A DNA stretch of 64,000 bases. Source: Marinicella sp. GTDB taxonomy: Bacteria; Pseudomonadota; Gammaproteobacteria; Xanthomonadales; Marinicellaceae. Below the pieces are notes generated by a model, which worked only from the letters and a program-made list of their open reading frames with translations, made no database searches and was not told where the DNA came from. The translations under genes and the position numbers were made by a program. Where the stretch lies: contig OZ246001.1 in the NCBI GenBank assembly GCA_965230295.1, positions 1,216,001 to 1,280,000 of the forward strand, in the 5' to 3' direction. Positions 59,166 to 64,000 of the stretch are shown here, piece by piece (positions within the stretch are counted from its first letter, which is position 1; each line of letters opens with the position of its first letter).

Positions 59166-59560
59166 TCCACCAATTTCAAGTGTGATTTGCCTTTACTGGA
59201 CTTGTTACTGTCTTCACCAACAGATGAATCGTTTCCTTCGTCCAAAGCATCATTCTCAACATCAAACATCATACCTTTACCGTTTTCTCTGGCATAAATG
59301 GCTGATACCGCCTCCATCGGCACAATGATGGCATGTGACACACCAGAAAAACGGGCATTGAAGGTCAGCAGCTCTTCATCCATTTGCAAATTTTGTGTGG
59401 CATCGAATGAAATGTTAAGCACGACCTTACCGTCCTCTATCGCATCATCAGGTACGCGAATTCCGGGATAAGATGCATCAACCACAGCCAGTGGTGTTAA
59501 ACCATTGTCAGTGATCCATTCATGCAAGGCCTGAATAAAATACGGCTTAACCGAAGTCAT
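59162..59560 (-). CDS. sspB: ClpXP adaptor SspB
   Basis: KPYFIQALHEWITDNGLTP, FNARFSG, IYARENG, HLKLVD. Confidence 0.95.
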   Translation of the reverse strand: MTSVKPYFIQALHEWITDNGLTPLAVVDASYPGIRVPDDAIEDGKVVLNISFDATQNLQMDEELLTFNARFSGVSHAIIVPMEAVSAIYARENGKGMMFDVENDALDEGNDSSVGEDSNKSSKGKSHLKLVD

Positions 59561-59567
59561 GTCTTGA

Positions 59568-60200
59568 TCAAAAATCAAACCTGTACTCACGTTCTGATTC
59601 GGTGATGCTCTTCTTGAATGCTTTACTTTGAAACATTCTGTGCGCATAGTTTCGCAATGATTTGGGCAGTGCTTCCCAGTCCAAACCATAATGTTCTAAA
59701 CGCCACAAGAATGGCACTAAATTGGTGTCCACCAAGGTCATGTCTGCATTCATGAAGTATGGATTTTGACTGAATAATGATTCAGCAGCGACCAGTTCAG
59801 AAGTTAAGTCTGCAACGGCTTGTTGTTTTGCTTCTCCAACTGCATTCTCTATTTTTTCAACGTATTGGAACCAACCGTTTTCTAATCTGTAAACCGTGAA
59901 CCGAAGTCGAGCTCGGGTCATCGGATCTGGTGGCATCAAAGGAGGATGTGGGTACCGCTCATCCAGGTATTCAGTGATGACATTGACTCCATATAAATGC
60001 ATGTCTCGATCAACCAAAGTTGGGACTTCTAACTTTGGATTGTTCGCCAACAGGTCTTCCGGGGGGTCATTGCGGTCCACTGAAATGATTTTACAATTGA
60101 TACTCTTGGTGGCCAAAAGGAATCGAATTCGATGAGAATCAAATGCTTCTGTTTCTGAGTAGATGGTAATAACTGATCGTCCACGTTCAATAATAGACAC
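59568..60200 (-). CDS. sspA: stringent starvation protein A
   Basis: VPTLVDRD, EYLDERYPHPPLMP; synteny petC-sspA-sspB. Confidence 0.93.
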   Translation of the reverse strand: MSIIERGRSVITIYSETEAFDSHRIRFLLATKSINCKIISVDRNDPPEDLLANNPKLEVPTLVDRDMHLYGVNVITEYLDERYPHPPLMPPDPMTRARLRFTVYRLENGWFQYVEKIENAVGEAKQQAVADLTSELVAAESLFSQNPYFMNADMTLVDTNLVPFLWRLEHYGLDWEALPKSLRNYAHRMFQSKAFKKSITESEREYRFDF

Positions 60201-60225
60201 CTATTTTTCTCCTTTATTTCAATGT

Positions 60226-60264
60226 TAAAAAGGGTTTTTGCAAAGCAATTCTGCAAAAACCCTT
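60226..60264 (-). terminator. rho-independent terminator after petC
   Basis: aagggtttttgca...tgcaaaaaccctt followed by a T run on the minus strand. Confidence 0.8.
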
Positions 60265-60313
60265 CATTTTATCAAATTTTGACCTTTTTGTTAAGGCGCT
60301 CAAACTTGTGCCT

Positions 60314-61057
60314 TCAGTGAATGTCTCTGAAATAATTCACTTTAAGCAGGTATGCCAAAAATGTGAATATCACCACAAACAGCAGTACCCAAGGTGCATA
60401 GGCCATTCTGATCAACTGAGCCGGCTCAGATGAATAATCCAAGAAGTTAACCAAGTCAGTGACCATGTCTTTGTATTCTTGTTCGCTCATAGAACCGGGT
60501 TGAACCTGTTCAAAGCCTTTGAACTCTTTGTGCTCATTGCCTTCTTCATCGGTGTGGACTTCGAAATTTGCTTTACGAATACCTTGGAACTCCCATAAAA
60601 TATGAGGCATGGATGCATTTTCAAAAGTCAGGTTGTTCCAGCCGGTAGGTCTGGTTGGGTCAACATAATAATTGATCAAAAAGTTGTACAACCAATCCAA
60701 ACCACGCGCTTTGGCTATGACCGTCAAATCAGGTGGTGCTTTGCCAAACCATTTCGTTGCATCGGCTGGGTCCATGGCAATGGTCATTTTGTCGGTGAAT
60801 TTGGCATCAGTGAGTACCAAGCCATTCATCATTTCATCTTCAGTCAAACCCAAGTCCTCAGCCACTCGATTGTAGCGCTGATAAGCCATAGAGTGACAAC
60901 CCATACAATAGTTCATGTAGGTTTTGGCGCCACTTCTTAAAGAATCGGTCGAACGGATGTTGGTTTGTACGTGCTCGCCGATATAAGCATCACCTGCCGC
61001 GTTGGCCAAGCCTGAAAACATCAACAAACCCAATATCATTACATATACTTTTTTCAT
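60314..61057 (-). CDS. petC: cytochrome c1
   Basis: CMGCH, PPDL, C-terminal TM. Confidence 0.95.
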   Translation of the reverse strand: MKKVYVMILGLLMFSGLANAAGDAYIGEHVQTNIRSTDSLRSGAKTYMNYCMGCHSMAYQRYNRVAEDLGLTEDEMMNGLVLTDAKFTDKMTIAMDPADATKWFGKAPPDLTVIAKARGLDWLYNFLINYYVDPTRPTGWNNLTFENASMPHILWEFQGIRKANFEVHTDEEGNEHKEFKGFEQVQPGSMSEQEYKDMVTDLVNFLDYSSEPAQLIRMAYAPWVLLFVVIFTFLAYLLKVNYFRDIH

Positions 61058-62304
61058 CAGTGGTCCTCTATTCTATCTGGCACTTCATGGTACTTTTCAT
61101 TTCGACTGTATAAAAACAGCCAAATGAAGTAGAAGAAGTAAAAACCGGTCAATATTTGAGCAATCCTGGTCAAGGTGACACTACCTGCTTGCATACCTAA
61201 CCAACCCAATACAACAAAGGTAATGGTGAATAAGCCCAACATCAACTTGAAAGGCCAGCGTCTGTATCGAATTGATTTAACGGGTGAACGATCCAACCAA
61301 GGCAAGAAGAACAACACCACGATGGCCAACAACATGATCAAAGCACCCATTTGCATGTCCGGTACTGCACGCAACATGGCATAAAATGGCGTGAAGTACC
61401 ACACCGGTTTGATGTGCAGCGGAGTCACTGCTGGATCAGCAGGCACATAGTTGTCATGTTCCAAGAACAGTCCACCCATGTCAGGTTTGACAAAAACAAT
61501 GAACAAGAACACCAGCAAGAACATACCCACACCAAAGATGTCTTTCACCGTGTAATATGGGTGGAATGGAATGCCATCTAAAGGCTTGCCGTTTTCATCT
61601 TTGTGTTCTTTGATTTCAATGCCTTCAGGGTTGTTTGAACCCACAGTATGCAATGCGGCAATGTGTAACACCACCAAGGCCACAATGGCCAATGGCAAGG
61701 CCACCACATGTAAGGCAAAGAAACGGTTCAATGTGGCATCTGAGATCAAGTAATCGCCCCTTACCCATTCAACCAATGCATCACCAACAAGCGGGACTGC
61801 ACCAAACAACTGGGTGATCACTTTGGCACCCCAGTAAGACATGTTACCCCATGGCAACACATAACCCAGGAAGGCTTCTGCCATCAGGGCCAGATAAATC
61901 ACCATACCGAAAATCCACACCAATTCTCTTGGTTTCTTGTATGAACCATACAATAGCCCCCTGAACATGTGAAAGTAAATCACTATGAAAAAGGCAGAAG
62001 CCCCGGTGGTGTGCAGGTAACGGATCAACCAACCCCATGGTACATCTCGCATGATGTATTCAACCATGCCAAAAGCTTTCTCAGCATCTGGCTTGTAATG
62101 CATGGTCAACCAAATACCAGTCAATATTTGATTCACCAAGACCAGTAAGGCCAGAGAACCAAAGAAATACCAAAAGTTAAAATTCTTCGGCGCGTAGTAT
62201 TCAGACAAATGGTCTTTGTAGAACTGCGTGACTGGCAATCTGGCATTCAGCCAACCCATGAAACCAGAGGCAGATTTACTGCTCGAACTTGCTATTTTTC
62301 CCAT
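61057..62304 (-). CDS. petB: cytochrome b
   Basis: PKNFNFWY, RYLH, SYWGA, RFFALH, PVWYF. Confidence 0.97.
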   Translation of the reverse strand: MGKIASSSSKSASGFMGWLNARLPVTQFYKDHLSEYYAPKNFNFWYFFGSLALLVLVNQILTGIWLTMHYKPDAEKAFGMVEYIMRDVPWGWLIRYLHTTGASAFFIVIYFHMFRGLLYGSYKKPRELVWIFGMVIYLALMAEAFLGYVLPWGNMSYWGAKVITQLFGAVPLVGDALVEWVRGDYLISDATLNRFFALHVVALPLAIVALVVLHIAALHTVGSNNPEGIEIKEHKDENGKPLDGIPFHPYYTVKDIFGVGMFLLVFLFIVFVKPDMGGLFLEHDNYVPADPAVTPLHIKPVWYFTPFYAMLRAVPDMQMGALIMLLAIVVLFFLPWLDRSPVKSIRYRRWPFKLMLGLFTITFVVLGWLGMQAGSVTLTRIAQILTGFYFFYFIWLFLYSRNEKYHEVPDRIEDH

Positions 62305-62891
62305 TATGCTTGCTCCCCATCGTTACCAATTTCAATGGTGTTTTCATCTAAGAATGTGTAGGGCGGTATATCCAGGTTACGGCTGGCAGGTGATCCGGCA
62401 AAAACACGTCCTGAAATATCGAATCGAGAATTGTGACATGGACAGAAGAAGCCCCCTTTCCATTCTGCATCAAAAGTTTGGGGCACCAAATCAGGGTAGT
62501 ACTTTGGTGAACACCCTAAATGCGTACAAATACCAACCACAACCAAGAAATTATCTTTCCTGGCTCGATAAATGTTATCAATGTACTCAGGTTGTATGCT
62601 TTCTGCTGACTCTGGATCCTTCAGTTTATCGTTTAATGACTCCAAAACAGCTGTTTGTTTCTCAGTTCGGTTGACCAAAAACACCGGTTGACCACGCCAC
62701 AAAACATTGAGCATTTGACCTGGTTCTACTTTTGAAATATCAGCTTTTACCGGTCCACCGGCCGCTTTGGCGCGCTCAGACGGCAGCCATGATTTCAGGA
62801 AAGGAACAGCCGCAAACCCAGCTCCAACGACGCCTACTGCGCCGGTACTGAGCAATAAAGTGCGACGACTTTTATTGACATTATCAGTCAT
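62304..62891 (-). CDS. petA: Rieske iron-sulfur protein
   Basis: Tat RR signal, CTHLGC, CPCHNS. Confidence 0.97.
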   Translation of the reverse strand: MTDNVNKSRRTLLLSTGAVGVVGAGFAAVPFLKSWLPSERAKAAGGPVKADISKVEPGQMLNVLWRGQPVFLVNRTEKQTAVLESLNDKLKDPESAESIQPEYIDNIYRARKDNFLVVVGICTHLGCSPKYYPDLVPQTFDAEWKGGFFCPCHNSRFDISGRVFAGSPASRNLDIPPYTFLDENTIEIGNDGEQA

Positions 62892-63175
62892 TGAATTAAC
62901 CCCTAATGAATAAAATCTTGTCAACAGATCATGTCAACAAGGTGAATCTATTAATAAATCGGCGCAATTTTACAAGATTTTAATGTTTTTTCATAGCCAA
63001 GCTTAAATTTAATCAGTATTTTCAAGCAATTGTTTTGGGTGGAACAGATTTGGTTGCCTTGATACTTATCAGCCAGCACAAAGGCGCCTTATGAATCAAG
63101 ATTTATGACTATCGACCTCTACATCACTGTGTGTTTTTATATACAATGAAGGTTTGTAACCAGAAACAATGACTC

Positions 63176-64000
63176 ATGAAAGCACATATTCACTTTGTCT
63201 TTAAATATGTGATCATCGGCTTGGCTGTCGGATTTTTGTATTTGCTCATAGCGGGTAGAATCCAACTGCCCAAACAACAAGTAGAACAACCTCAACTGCT
63301 GTTCTCATATGCGCCTGCCATCAATAAAATTACCCGTTCAGTGGTCAGTATATACACCGAGAGTAATGAACGGGTCATGCCCAATTCGTCTGGTATTTCA
63401 CCCAGGGCACCTTACTTGACCAAAAGCTATTTGGGTTCCGGAGTCATTGTATCTTCCACGGGACACATAGCCACCAATAAACACGTGATTGATGGGGCGA
63501 CACGGGTCACTGTCTACCTGTGGGACAACCAGGCCTATGAAGCCAGTTATGTGGGCGCAGATCCGCTGACTGACTTGGCAGTGATTAAAATCAATGCACA
63601 AAACCTCACCCCGGCAGAATTTGCTGACAGTGAATTGGTTAATACCGGCGATGTGGTGTTAGCCATTGGAAATCCATTCGGCCTGAACCAAAGTGCATCA
63701 CTGGGCATAGTCAGTGCCACAGGTAGACAAGGATTAACTGAAAACCCAATAGACACTGAACGATTTATTCAAACAGATGCGGCCATCAACCAGGGCAATT
63801 CAGGCGGTCCACTGATCAACCCATTGGGTCAGGTGGTCGGCATCAGCACCGTCGGCTACACCCAATTTGGTGTTGAAGGTATCAATTTTGTCACCCCATC
63901 AAACACCACTGTCCAAGTCATCAATGCTTTAATCAAACATGGAAAAGTACTCAGGGGTTGGCTGGGTATCCAATTCATTAAACCTTATGGACATGCTGTA
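63176..64000 (+). CDS. degS: HtrA/DegS-family serine protease (truncated by window end)
   Basis: Manual translation MKAHIHFVFKYVIIG...LGSGVI...TNKHV...TDLAV...AIGNPFGL...QTDAAINQGNSGG; not in the ORF track. Confidence 0.85.
   Translation, partial: MKAHIHFVFKYVIIGLAVGFLYLLIAGRIQLPKQQVEQPQLLFSYAPAINKITRSVVSIYTESNERVMPNSSGISPRAPYLTKSYLGSGVIVSSTGHIATNKHVIDGATRVTVYLWDNQAYEASYVGADPLTDLAVIKINAQNLTPAEFADSELVNTGDVVLAIGNPFGLNQSASLGIVSATGRQGLTENPIDTERFIQTDAAINQGNSGGPLINPLGQVVGISTVGYTQFGVEGINFVTPSNTTVQVINALIKHGKVLRGWLGIQFIKPYGHAV

Noticed and set aside
62920-62940. tgtcaaca direct repeat upstream of petA
   Set aside because: Short and could be chance; no supporting regulator evidence
237-63756. Numerous short antisense or alternate-frame ORFs in the ORF track
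   Set aside because: They overlap well-supported genes and have no recognisable motifs; treated as shadows
1-64000. tRNA or rRNA genes
   Set aside because: No cloverleaf or rRNA signature recognised in any intergenic region by eye

Overview
64-kb chromosomal window from a marine-type Gammaproteobacterium (Marinicella-like by gene content and protein style; this is inference). Core genes: comM/yifB, cioAB-type cytochrome bd plus an unannotated small third gene, ppa, mpl, plsC-like, uppP, hrpA, mscS, sspAB, petABC and a partial degS. Many accessory hydrolases, transporters and secreted proteins lie between them. I saw no rRNA, tRNA, CRISPR array, integrase or transposase. Most interesting: (1) a coupled gene pair encoding HTH + degenerate STAND-like NTPase and type IV pilin-like domain + TM + intact STAND-like NTPase, with a second non-canonical pilin-domain protein nearby; (2) a D-x-I-F-x-x-[GD]-F-[ED] motif in three unrelated proteins, a candidate sorting signal; (3) a 3-kb AT-rich island with a DUF285/BspA-like gene, bracketed by a 101-bp duplication of the comM 5' end; (4) an ECF sigma / ZAS-vWA anti-sigma / large repeat-protein locus; (5) a membrane LytTR regulator with a 21-bp-period direct repeat in front of a divergent peptidase; (6) several families of REP-like palindromic repeats. 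All family calls come from motif recognition, not from database searches.
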